Origin: Cyanobacteria bacterium P01_D01_bin.156
GTDB taxonomy: Bacteria > Cyanobacteriota > Cyanobacteriia > Phormidesmidales > Phormidesmidaceae
DNA: 64,000 bases
Reading direction: 5' to 3'
Assembly: GCA_039024555.1 (NCBI GenBank)
Contig: JBCCQQ010000021.1
Location: 22,454-86,453, forward strand
Part shown: one piece after another, positions 20,448 to 30,152 of the stretch
Layout: each line of letters begins with the position of its first letter
Numbering within the stretch: the first letter of the stretch is position 1
Notes under the pieces: generated by a model
Database searches by the model: none
Seen by the model: only the letters and a program-made list of their open reading frames with translations
What the model was told of the DNA's origin: nothing
Position numbers and translations under genes: made by a program

Positions 20448-20580
20448 TTTCTGGATAACTCCGAGCCTGGGGGGTATTATCCAGAAACTTTCTGGGATAT
20501 TCCCTTATAGAGTGGTTATCCAGAAAGTTTCTGGATAACTCCGACTGAGGGGTATTTATCCAGACAAAGTCTGGATAATG
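20448..20580. repeat. Tandem array of ~40-bp palindromic units (TTTCTGGATAA-N~18-TTATCCAGAAA), 3 full + 1 partial
   Basis: Units start at ~20448, 20489, 20528, 20568. Confidence 0.8.
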
Positions 20581-20721
20581 CGTAGTTGTGCCGCTTAGTG
20601 ACCTGACGAATGCACGAGTAAAGTCCTATGTGTCAACCTCTGTGATTTACTTTATCTGGATTTTTTGTTAGGCAATGATGATTTCGTAGTTTCGAAAGGT
20701 TTCTCTGGGGAAAGGTTAAAC

Positions 20722-21654
20722 ATGGCATCAGAAAGCTTTGCTCAGCAGAAAGACAGACCAGTTCTAAGCTACGGGGCAGACCCTGAAGCCTCTCAGTTGG
20801 TCTTACCGAAATCAGCCAAGCTCTCTACAGGAAGCCAGTGGAAAGATTTCTATTTTGAAATCCAGAAGCAGCCCGCCCATGATACGGGAGAGCATTATCA
20901 CCAGATGCATATTCTGACTATGGTGACATCAGGTACACCGATTAACCAGGCGATCGATGGGAGATCTCAGAAGAATTTAGTGGGTCACAACAATGCGTTC
21001 ATCCTTCCCGCTGGTGCATTGCATCAATGTGATTGGCAACGAGATATTGAATTCATGTTTGTTGGGCTCGATCCCCATATATTTGTTCAGATTGGTCAAG
21101 AATTAACCAGCTCAGATCGCGTGGAGCTGATTCCGCATTTTGGCACAGTTGAAGATCCGCTGTTACAGGGCATTCTGCTCACGCTAAAGCAAGAAATGAT
21201 CATAAGTGGGCTCAATACACCCTTGTTTGTAGATCAGCTCAAAACGACTTTAGTAATGCATCTCCTAAGGAGTTATGGCGTTCGTCAAGCCAAAATTGCA
21301 ACCTATGCTGATGGGTTACCTCGCCACAAGTTAAATCAGGTCAAAGACTATATCACGGCTCACTTAGATCAGAACCTGGGGTTAGCGGAACTAGCGCAGC
21401 AGGTCGGGATGAGTCAGTTTTACTTCAGCCGATTATTCAAACAATCGATGCAGGTTACGCCGCATCAGTACGTGATTCAACAGCGAGTGGAGCAGGCGAA
21501 GCAATTGATTCAGAAGGGCCAATTGAGCCTAGTCGAGGTTGCCTTAGAGTGCGGATTTTCCAATCAATCCCATCTGAATCGACACTTTAAGCGGCTGTTA
21601 GGAGTGACGCCCAAAGAAGTTGCAAGAACGTACAAAACGAGCAAGAACGTGTAA
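20722..21654 (+). CDS. AraC-family transcriptional regulator
   Basis: C-terminal 'LAELAQQVGMSQFYFSRLFK...VALECGFSNQSHLNRHFK..GVTP'. Confidence 0.93.
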   Translation: MASESFAQQKDRPVLSYGADPEASQLVLPKSAKLSTGSQWKDFYFEIQKQPAHDTGEHYHQMHILTMVTSGTPINQAIDGRSQKNLVGHNNAFILPAGALHQCDWQRDIEFMFVGLDPHIFVQIGQELTSSDRVELIPHFGTVEDPLLQGILLTLKQEMIISGLNTPLFVDQLKTTLVMHLLRSYGVRQAKIATYADGLPRHKLNQVKDYITAHLDQNLGLAELAQQVGMSQFYFSRLFKQSMQVTPHQYVIQQRVEQAKQLIQKGQLSLVEVALECGFSNQSHLNRHFKRLLGVTPKEVARTYKTSKNV

Positions 21655-21740
21655 GAGCTGGCTAAGGCTTGTTCCCTATTCTAAGAACAGTTCAGACAAC
21701 GACAGTCTGAGTCAGTCCACTAGCAATAGAGGTTACTGCC

Positions 21741-22706
21741 ATGAAAGCAATTCGCGTCAATGCATTTGGTTCGCCCAACGTCCTCGAACTGGCAGAGGTT
21801 GCCGACCCATCGCCTGCGGCTGGGCAGGTTGTGATTCGCGTTCACGCCGCTGGAGTGAGTCCGCTCGATACCTATGTGCGGGAGCAAAGCCACAGCGCAC
21901 CTACCCCGTCTTTGCCTTACGTTCCTGGATTTGAAGCTGCAGGCACAATCACCGCCATTGGGCAGGGGGTTACTCAGTTCAAGGTAGGCGATCGCGTCTA
22001 CACAAACGTATTTATGGGAGCCTACGCCGAGCTTTTAGTCCAGGAGGCCACGGCGGTTTACCCACTCCCCAATAGCATCTCCTTTGCCCAGGGTGCAGCT
22101 GTCGCCAGTTCTTATCCCACGGCGCACTACGCGCTTTTCAATTTGGCCAAGGCAGTTCCCCAATCCAGCGTCTTTATCCACGGTGCCAGTGGGGCGGTAG
22201 GGCTGGCCGCTGTCCAGCTTGCCCGAGCGGCTGGCATGACCGTCGTAGGGAGTGCTGGCAGCCCAGAGGGACTGGAATTGGTTGAGCAGGAAGGCGCACA
22301 TTTAGCGGTCAACCACCATGAGTCCAACTATCTCCAAAAGGCAATTGATTTTACCGAAGGCAAAGGGTTTGACGTCATTTTGGAGATGAATGCAACGAAA
22401 AAGCTGGCGGATGATATCAGCCTGCTCGCGCCCTTCAGTCGAATTATTGTCATCGGCGGCACTGATGGCACTGTCACCTTTGACCCCGCTCCCCTGCTCT
22501 GGAAAGGCGCAAGCATCATCGGCCTTTATATCGGTCTGGCCTCTCCTACGGAAATGAGTGAGAGTCACAAAGCGATCTACGCAGGGTTAGAAAACGGATC
22601 GCTGCGTCCCCAAGTCGCTCAAGAATTCAGTCTAACCAATGCTCCACTGGCTCATGAAACGGTTAGAACTGCTCGCAGCGCTGGCAAAATCGCCCTCGTA
22701 TTCTGA
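21741..22706 (+). CDS. NADPH:quinone reductase (zeta-crystallin/MDR family)
   Basis: MKAIRV..FG.P.VL, PG.E.AG, IHGASGAVG, GKIAL. Confidence 0.9.
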   Translation: MKAIRVNAFGSPNVLELAEVADPSPAAGQVVIRVHAAGVSPLDTYVREQSHSAPTPSLPYVPGFEAAGTITAIGQGVTQFKVGDRVYTNVFMGAYAELLVQEATAVYPLPNSISFAQGAAVASSYPTAHYALFNLAKAVPQSSVFIHGASGAVGLAAVQLARAAGMTVVGSAGSPEGLELVEQEGAHLAVNHHESNYLQKAIDFTEGKGFDVILEMNATKKLADDISLLAPFSRIIVIGGTDGTVTFDPAPLLWKGASIIGLYIGLASPTEMSESHKAIYAGLENGSLRPQVAQEFSLTNAPLAHETVRTARSAGKIALVF

Positions 22707-22777
22707 TTATCTCTAGCGCTTTCTTGCTAGCCTCACAGCCCAAAGCAAACCCGATCATCAACAAGGAAATTACAACA

Positions 22778-23236
22778 ATGCTGAACTATTCACTAGAGCC
22801 CATCTTCTCGTATCACTTACAGCTCAACCCACCCGAAATCCTGGGTCCGGTGCCAGAGGGTATCCGCATCAATGCTTATACAAAGAGCGGTACAGTCACC
22901 GGCGAGAAGGTCAACGGCATCCTACGTCCTGTTGGGGGTGATTGGGTGACAGTCCGTCCGGACGGTGTCGGTATTACCGATGTCAGAGGCACCATCGAAA
23001 CCGAAGATGGCGCACTTATCTACATCACTTACACAGGTGTCCTAGAGCTAGGTGAAGACGGCTATCAGAAGGTTTTAGAAGGAAAGCTGCCCACAAATGC
23101 CAAGATTCGCAGCGCTCCTCGCTTTCAAACCGCGCATCCAGACTATCTCTGGCTCAACCGCATCCAGGCGATCAGCGTGGCTGAGATTGACCTGACTACG
23201 TTTATTGCGGACTTTGATGTTTACGCAGTTCGATAA
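22778..23236 (+). CDS. DUF3237 family protein
   Basis: GGDW..VR.DG...DVR..IET.DGA.IY, PRF.T..P.Y.WLN. Confidence 0.85.
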   Translation: MLNYSLEPIFSYHLQLNPPEILGPVPEGIRINAYTKSGTVTGEKVNGILRPVGGDWVTVRPDGVGITDVRGTIETEDGALIYITYTGVLELGEDGYQKVLEGKLPTNAKIRSAPRFQTAHPDYLWLNRIQAISVAEIDLTTFIADFDVYAVR

Positions 23237-23290
23237 CCGCACAACTCAACAAAATTCATCGTTTCTGATTGAGAAAAAAAGGAGCATTGT

Positions 23291-23908
23291 ATGAAAATTG
23301 GCGTGATTGGAGCGGGCGGCATTGGTGGAACTGTGGGCACCCTCTGGGCAAGAGCAGGACATGAGGTTTTCTTTAGTTCTCGCAATCCCGAAAAGCTCGC
23401 ATCGCTGGTCGCTGAAGCGCGAAATGGAGCCAGAGCAGGATCGATTGAAGAAGCGGCTGAATTCGCCGATGTGATTTTCCTAGCCGTGTATTACTGGACA
23501 ACTGATGATGCGATCGCGGCGGCTGACTCCCTCGATGGCAAGGTTATCATTGATGCCACCAATCCCTACATGCGCACCGACGATGGGCAAATCCAGCGCG
23601 TCCCTGATGTTAGCGCGGCTTTAGAACTTGCCCAGAAGCTTCCTGACAGTAAGGTGGTAAAAGCATATAACACTCTACCCACAGAAACATTCGCAAACGA
23701 GCATCATCGTTCTGAACCCTACGCCTTGTTCTACTGTGGAGACGATTCGCATGCAAAAGCGATCTCTGCTCAGCTGATTACAGATAGTGGATTTGTGGGG
23801 ATAGACATAGGGGCTTTGAGTTGTGTCACTCTTCAAGAACCCGATGGCCCGTTGTATAACAATCTACTCACAGCAGACGCTGCCCATCAAGCGCTAGAAG
23901 CTTTGTAG
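23291..23908 (+). CDS. NADP oxidoreductase (F420-dependent NADP reductase-like, COG2085)
   Basis: MKIGVIGAGGIG, IIDATNP, VVKAYNT, GDD..AK. Confidence 0.88.
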   Translation: MKIGVIGAGGIGGTVGTLWARAGHEVFFSSRNPEKLASLVAEARNGARAGSIEEAAEFADVIFLAVYYWTTDDAIAAADSLDGKVIIDATNPYMRTDDGQIQRVPDVSAALELAQKLPDSKVVKAYNTLPTETFANEHHRSEPYALFYCGDDSHAKAISAQLITDSGFVGIDIGALSCVTLQEPDGPLYNNLLTADAAHQALEAL

Positions 23909-23917
23909 AAGAAAGCG

Positions 23918-24002
23918 AACCAACAACTCTGATGCAGCGGACGGTATCCAGATCCTAGTGGTGGCATAAAGACTCTGCCGCCGCTGACCAGGAACGTTAA
24001 TC
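23918..24002 (+). other. Integron attC-like recombination site
   Basis: AACCAAC...ATGCAGCGGACGG...CCGCCGCTGAC...GTTAATC; paired L boxes with extrahelical G and A; 10 bp after a stop codon. Confidence 0.7.
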
Positions 24003-24364
24003 TAATATCCTTTTGGTGCGGTCAGTTGTTTACCAATTTGACCGTGCTGTTTACGGTTGGGAAGGCGCGATCGCGCTGAATAAGTTCTATGAATAGAGGT
24101 GTTATCAAGCAAAAGTCCTGTGTGAGATCCGGGTGTATGGATCCTGTACAGCAGCTCTGACGAGCGATTTTCAATCGCATTGAATACACCCTGCACCCTA
24201 TACTCGCTCACCACCAATATATATTCATCCCAACCGGGAACCGCTATAGATTACTAGTATGCGTACAATAAGTGAAAACACATAATGCTACTGATCTGTG
24301 GCATTTCCCGAAAACTGGTAACAATCTGATCGCTCTCGACCATTACCAAAGCTAGGAGTAAGAA

Positions 24365-25126
24365 ATGGCAATTGCAATCATGAGCGCAATGGACGAAGAA
24401 AACGCTAAGTTGGTTGCTGAGTTGGGTGATTCCCGAGAGACAGTTGAAAAAGGAATGCGAGTATACCATTCAGGCATGTTATGGGGTATCCCCTCCGTTG
24501 TTGTCTTCTCCCGGTGGGGAAAAGTGGCGGCCGCTACAACGGCAACATATCTGATTGCTGAGTTTGAAGTCGATGAAATCATATTCACAGGGGTGGCTGG
24601 CGGCGCGGATCCTGCCCTACGTCCAGGTGACGTGGTCGTCGCCACCGAACTTTGCCAGCACGATATGAATGCTACACCGCTCTTTCCACGTCACGAGATT
24701 CCGCTGATCGGAAAATCCACCTTCGAGAGTAACGGCGAGCGTAGGCTTCAAGCAATCGATGCGGCGAAGAGATTCTTGCAGAACGAATTGACATCCCAGG
24801 TTGACGCTACAATATTGAAAGAATTTGGTATTGTCAATCCAAAAGTTATTGAAGGTGAGGTTGCGAGCGGTGATAGCTTTATTGCGGCTGCAGCTGAACT
24901 ACAGGAACTCAAGTCACGCCTCCCTCGTGCCGCCTGTGTTGAAATGGAAGGAGCTGCCGTTGCACAGGTATGCTATGAGTACGGGGTTCCTTTTACAGTT
25001 ATTCGAACGATCTCTGACGCTGCGGACGAAGATGCGGTCATAGATTTCCCAAAGTTTATCAGCACTGTCGCGAGTACATATTCTCACGGAATTCTCGAGC
25101 AGCTATTCAAAGAGCTGGGATCATAA
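24365..25126 (+). CDS. mtnN: 5'-methylthioadenosine/S-adenosylhomocysteine nucleosidase
   Basis: AIMSAMDEE, GKVAAA, FTGVAGG, SGD.FI, VEMEGAAVAQVC, IRTISD.AD. Confidence 0.9.
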   Translation: MAIAIMSAMDEENAKLVAELGDSRETVEKGMRVYHSGMLWGIPSVVVFSRWGKVAAATTATYLIAEFEVDEIIFTGVAGGADPALRPGDVVVATELCQHDMNATPLFPRHEIPLIGKSTFESNGERRLQAIDAAKRFLQNELTSQVDATILKEFGIVNPKVIEGEVASGDSFIAAAAELQELKSRLPRAACVEMEGAAVAQVCYEYGVPFTVIRTISDAADEDAVIDFPKFISTVASTYSHGILEQLFKELGS

Positions 25127-25236
25127 GCGATAACAGCTAGGCAAAGTAAGTGGCTATGCATCATCTCCCAAAAAACACGATGGAGTAACGTTAAAATTAC
25201 TCAGCATTAGTCATGGTGGGTAACTTTGGCCAAGTC

Positions 25237-25321
25237 GTCTAACACGGTATCAGTGCAGACTGAGTGAAGGTTATCGATTAAAATCAGAGGCACTGACGGC
25301 TGCACAACTCTGTCGCTGTGC
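25237..25321 (+). other. Degenerate attC-like site
   Basis: GTCTAAC...GTGCAG...CTGCAC...GCTGTGC (GTT decayed to GCT); shares gcagacNgagtgaa and aactct with the 62744-62826 site. Confidence 0.5.
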
Positions 25322-25357
25322 TATCCAGCCTCAATACTCTCATTGAGCTGATCTGAC

Positions 25358-26605
25358 ATGAAAAATAGATTGTTCACATCACCGACAAGCATCCAAACAA
25401 TGCTTGGGGAGATTGTGAGCAATGGCCGAGCCTGTGGTGTAGTAGTTGGCCTGCTAGATTCAGATGAAAGTCGGCAAATATTCACACATGGCAACGCAGG
25501 CTCAAATTCTCTTCCCCTCAGCGCTGAGAGCGTATTCGAAATTGGTTCTATCACTAAGGTTTTTACCAGCATTCTGTTGACCGACATGGTACAGCGAGGT
25601 GAGGTGGAGTTGTCTGAGCCGCTTGCAAAGTTGTTGCCATTCCATCTGGATATGAATTACCACGCGATCCAGGCGAAACATTTGAATACTCCAACTATGC
25701 CATGGGCCTCTTAGGTCATGCCCTTGCGTGTCGGCATAAATTATGAGGAGTTACTCACCGAGAGGGTACTCCAACCGTTAGGACTGTCGCACACGGCAAT
25801 CACTCTCTCTCCGTGGATGAAAAACCATCTAGCCTATGGACACAATGGCTTTGGCGATCCAGTCCCCCTGTGGGACATGCCAACCCTTGCCGGAGCGGGA
25901 GCCCTACGCTCGACTGTCAGCGATATGCTAGATTTCGCAGCAAGCAACCTTTCCCCAGACAATACAAGCTTGGGACCAGCATTGAAGGATGCACAACGCA
26001 TTCGTCGAGAGTTAGGCGAAGGTGGTGACAGCATTGGCCTCAATTGGATTATCTCTAAACCTGGAGAGCGTACAATCACATGGCACAACGGGGGCACCGG
26101 AGGATATCGCACCTTCCTAGGGCTGGATCTCCAGGCAAGCCGTGCAGTCGTGGTGTTAGCAAACTCTGGTGGTAATGCTGTTGATGATGTGGGATTCCAC
26201 CTGCTCGATCCAACAATCCCCCTAAAACAACCATCAGCCGCACCCGTCATCGCCTCCACCTATCGCACCAAAGGTATCGAGAAGGCTATCCAGCACTATC
26301 AATCACTTTGCAGTACGGATCACTTTCAGATCGACGAACGCGCGTTGAATAATGTTGGTTATTGGTTGCTCAGACAAGAACTCATTGAAGATGCAATTGA
26401 GCTCTTTCGTTTGAACGTGGAGACATACTCCGATGTGCCAAATTTATACGATAGCCTAGGTGACGCTTATATGGCTGCGGGTAGTTTTATAGAAGCAAGG
26501 GAGAGTTACGAGAGAGCAGTCAAACTGGCTGAAACAGTAGCCCCCCTGGGACTATCTCTCTACCGAGCAAACTTGGAGAAAGCAATAAAGCAGTTGAGTC
26601 AGTAA
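25358..26605 (+). pseudogene. Serine hydrolase (beta-lactamase family, class C-like) + TPR, broken by an internal deletion and two frameshifts
   Basis: SxxK (GSITK) in ORF 25358-25714; 'PGETFEYSNYAMGLLG' in a separate frame at ~25645-25740; HNGGTGG and TPR in ORF 25718-26605; the usual HTSGL segment is missing. Confidence 0.8.
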
Positions 26606-26758
26606 CAATAATGCATAGTATTTCTTAGCTGCATTTAACCATCCGCTGAAGCGTTGAGTGGTTGAAGTAAACACATAACAAGGAGTACACTATCCCGCAT
26701 GCACATATGGCATAACAATGCCATTGCTAACGAAACGAGGGTTACATGATCAAATTAA

Positions 26759-26849
26759 GCTGTTGCTAATTTAAGGGATGGACCGATCTGACGACGCTCA
26801 ACTGTGCCAGTCTCTTGCAGAAAAAGTCATCCTGAGGAGTAGCAACGCC
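26759..26849. mobile_element. 91-bp MITE-like element, copy 2, with 8-bp target duplication
   Basis: caaattaa at 26751-26758 and 26850-26857; TIRs gctgttgcta...tagcaacgcc. Confidence 0.8.
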
Positions 26850-26931
26850 CAAATTAATATATGTTTGGCCCGTTAGACTATGACCACTCGATTTTAACCA
26901 CCGCCATCTAGAGGAATCACAAATAAGTGTC

Positions 26932-27882
26932 ATGGATTCTCTTTCAATAACAGCCGATCTTATTTCAAATGCTTACAGTATCATTGACCCTGTTTTTTTG
27001 AATACTCCACAATTTGAGTCTGATGCGCTCAATAAGGTTTTAAGCCTGCGTCTCATTCTAAAAGTTGAAATACTGAATCCAATTCGTTCCTTTAAAGGAC
27101 GTGGCACAGATTATTTTATAAAACAGAATGCTCAAAAACCATCATTTGTCTGTGCTTCTGCAGGAAACTTTGGCCAGGGTATGGCATATGCTTGTCAAAA
27201 GCAGAATATTCCTCTCACTGTTTTTGCGGCAGAAACAGCAAATCCTCTAAAAGTTGAGCGCATGAAACAGTTAGGCGCTGAAATTAAACTAACCGGAATC
27301 GACTTTGACACCGCTAAAGAGGCTGCAAAAACCTATGCTACGGCTGAAGGAAAAACCTTCGTTGAGGATGGCCGTGAAGCTGAAGTCTTTATTGGAGCCG
27401 GGACCATAGGCGTTGAACTGAGTAAATATTCAGAATCAATAGAGACTCTTTTAATTCCTGTTGGCAATGGTGCTTTGATCAATGGTATTGGTGCCTGGTA
27501 CAAAGCAAATCATCCTTCAACACAGGTAATTGGTGTGGTCGCAGAGGGGGCACCTTCAATGGATTTGTCATGGCGGCAAGGTCATATTGTTACAACCGAG
27601 AATGCTGATACGATTTCAGATGGCATAGCCGTACGTAACCCAGTTTCTGAGGCTCTTCAAAATATGACGACTACGGTTGACGACATTGTTCAGGTTTCCG
27701 ACGAAGCAACCCTACAAGCAATGAAATTAGCTCACAGTCTTGTAGGCGTTGTGCTTGAGCCTGCTGGGGCAGTAGGCTTGGCGGCTGCAATCACGTATAG
27801 AAATCGATTTCAAGGGCAGCTTATGGCCACCCCGCTATGTGGGAGCAATTTAACCGCAGCACAGATGAAGCGATGGCTTTAA
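26932..27882 (+). CDS. PLP-dependent threonine/serine dehydratase family protein
   Basis: SFKGRG PLP-lysine motif, SAGNFGQG, PVGNG.L..G, EPAGA. Confidence 0.9.
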   Translation: MDSLSITADLISNAYSIIDPVFLNTPQFESDALNKVLSLRLILKVEILNPIRSFKGRGTDYFIKQNAQKPSFVCASAGNFGQGMAYACQKQNIPLTVFAAETANPLKVERMKQLGAEIKLTGIDFDTAKEAAKTYATAEGKTFVEDGREAEVFIGAGTIGVELSKYSESIETLLIPVGNGALINGIGAWYKANHPSTQVIGVVAEGAPSMDLSWRQGHIVTTENADTISDGIAVRNPVSEALQNMTTTVDDIVQVSDEATLQAMKLAHSLVGVVLEPAGAVGLAAAITYRNRFQGQLMATPLCGSNLTAAQMKRWL

Positions 27883-27948
27883 GTATTGAACATCAACGTC
27901 ACAATCAACAAATTCATCGTTCTGACAACCTTACCTAACGAGGTGATA

Positions 27949-28755
27949 ATGAAAAAATGTTCATTTACAATTGAACAAAACGTCATTGTTAAAGAGACGA
28001 TCCCAAAAAAGGGAATCGTTAGCTCAAACCCTGGACGTTCTCTCCGTTTATCGTCTCAGTTCTTGGAAAACCCCTTCACTAAAGTAGAATCCTGGGGTGT
28101 GGGCATTATTATAGGAAATATCACTCATAAAAACGTGAGTGAAGACTTTTTCTTTGCCTATGTTCCCATGGGGGCAAGCGGCTCTGCCCACGCGTTTCAC
28201 GAAATGTTTGCGGCTGGGGCACAGGAGGTTGTCCGCCTTGGCAGTAACGATGTGTGGGTACAAGAAAAAGACATGGATTCACTCGTTTTGGTATCTGAAT
28301 CTAAAGGATTGAGAGGACTCTCCTGGGACCATGGCATAGATGAGAACGATGTAGATTTGTCACTAATGCCAGACTATGAGTTGACCCAAAGGCTGATAAA
28401 AAGCTGCAATCATCAGCGTTTTCCTTTTTCCGAGCGGGTGTGCTTTAACGTTGACGATTATCATGCCTACCTATATCCCGAGTTAATGGAGCAGCCCCAA
28501 CGAATTCAGCAGCGGCTCGACACCTATAACTCTTTTGGCCCTTATAGCCGAGATATGGAAACAGCATCTTTATTTTTAAAGGCCAACCAATTCGGAACCA
28601 AAGCCGCAAGCGTTCTGCAGAATGTCTTTAAGCAAAAAAAGGATTCCCCTTACGAAGGCTCATCTGGTGATAAAGCTAAAGCTAATGAAAGCAAAATCGC
28701 CAAAATCATCATCAACGCTCTGCTTGAAAAACCAGTGGAGTCAGTACAAGTCTGA
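27949..28755 (+). CDS. Nucleoside phosphorylase-like protein (PNP_UDP_1 fold), divergent
   Basis: NPGR, MGASG, VVRLGS, DMETA motifs; GAGGTG RBS. Confidence 0.7.
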   Translation: MKKCSFTIEQNVIVKETIPKKGIVSSNPGRSLRLSSQFLENPFTKVESWGVGIIIGNITHKNVSEDFFFAYVPMGASGSAHAFHEMFAAGAQEVVRLGSNDVWVQEKDMDSLVLVSESKGLRGLSWDHGIDENDVDLSLMPDYELTQRLIKSCNHQRFPFSERVCFNVDDYHAYLYPELMEQPQRIQQRLDTYNSFGPYSRDMETASLFLKANQFGTKAASVLQNVFKQKKDSPYEGSSGDKAKANESKIAKIIINALLEKPVESVQV

Positions 28756-28905
28756 GCATGACAGTCAAAGTCATCTACGTGAGTCTGTCTTCTGGAGTGA
28801 TTCCTCCCGCACTAATCTATAGCCCTTTTCAGGCTTCAGACACCTAATTCATACTCCCTATTGGGTACCTTAGAGTCGGATATTAGTCTTTATGCTTTTA
28901 CTACT

Positions 28906-29166
28906 ATGACCAAGTTAATCTCTAGTAAGCCCTGGAAGTTCAGAGCTTTCTTAATCCTTGCCATGCTCAGCTTTAGCATCGTTCTGGCTGTCTACTGGTA
29001 CTTTACAAAGCAAGGCTCCGCATTTCACATCATTAATTGGCAAGTGTCTACGTTTGGTGGATACTACATTATCACCACCTTTCTTCTGGTATGGCTAAGC
29101 ATTCTAGTACCCTGTTTGCCGGTTGCATTTGTATTAGCCAAGCTATGCGATATGTTAGGGCTATAG
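28906..29166 (+). CDS. Hypothetical two-TM membrane protein
   Basis: Two hydrophobic segments; no recognised motif. Confidence 0.45.
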   Translation: MTKLISSKPWKFRAFLILAMLSFSIVLAVYWYFTKQGSAFHIINWQVSTFGGYYIITTFLLVWLSILVPCLPVAFVLAKLCDMLGL

Positions 29167-29249
29167 CCACAGCTTAGACCAGAGCGATCAGTCTTATAAT
29201 GGGCGAGACAGTGGTAGTATACCTGCCGTCTATCCATTTGGAATCCTCT

Positions 29250-29801
29250 ATGCGCAAAATTGTTGTTGTAGATTACGACCCCGAATGGCCTAATATCTTT
29301 AAACGATTACGCGATCGCATATGGCCTGTCCTCCAGGATTTTGCCATATCCATCGAACATGTCGGCAGCACTAGCGTTCCAGGATTAGCTGCCAAGCCAA
29401 TTATTGATATTAGTGCCATTGTTCCATCTAACCATGAGATTCCCCTGGCAATTAAGCGATTGTCAACTATAGGCTATGCCCACCTGGGCAACTTAGGAAT
29501 TGAAGGCCGCGAAGCTTTTAAGCACGATCCCTCGGATGACTCTCCTGCCTATCATTTTTACGTATGTCCCCAGGGCAGTCTGGGGCTCACAAATCATTTA
29601 GTTTTCCGTAACTACCTCCGCTCCCATCCAGAAGTAGCACAGGAATATGGAAATCTCAAAAAACAACTTTCTGACAAATTCCCCCATGATATTGATCGCT
29701 ATATAGAAGGAAAAACAGATTTTATCGTCAGGGCCTTAAAGGAACAAGGCATATCTCTAGATAATCTTACGTCGATTGATCGGTCTAATCGCTTACCATA
29801 G
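29250..29801 (+). CDS. GrpB family (UPF0157) nucleotidyltransferase-fold protein
   Basis: YDPEWP, IEHVGSTSVPGLAAKPIIDI, FRNYLR, Y..GK..F. Confidence 0.92.
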   Translation: MRKIVVVDYDPEWPNIFKRLRDRIWPVLQDFAISIEHVGSTSVPGLAAKPIIDISAIVPSNHEIPLAIKRLSTIGYAHLGNLGIEGREAFKHDPSDDSPAYHFYVCPQGSLGLTNHLVFRNYLRSHPEVAQEYGNLKKQLSDKFPHDIDRYIEGKTDFIVRALKEQGISLDNLTSIDRSNRLP

Positions 29802-30152
29802 CAGGCGGCAGCGTTAACTTACCTCAGCCTCAAGGTTACAACAATCACTGGAACAATTAAAACGGGTGATGGCATTACTGAAAGCACGATATCTCTGAAC
29901 TTAGTATCCAGTATGTCCCTGCAGTGGATAAACCCCAATTAGCGTTGGGGTTTGAACTCAACGTGGGTTATGTCTTTAAACCGATTGAGTGAATAAGCTG
30001 ATCTAAACTTATTCAAGCCACACCCACTAACTACCGGTAGAACCGTATCTCTTCTACAGAAGAATTTAATGGCAATTCTCTATTTTCCGAAGAGAGCTAC
30101 AATCTGATAGCTGTAATAGAGATGCTCACAATCCTAATAGAGGAGAAATGTT

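Noticed and set aside
20448..20580. CRISPR array
   Set aside because: Intervening segments are only ~17 nt and two are related to each other; no leader or cas genes.
26599..26655. Possible extra attC directly after the serine hydrolase stop
   Set aside because: Core sites and pairing are too degenerate to support.
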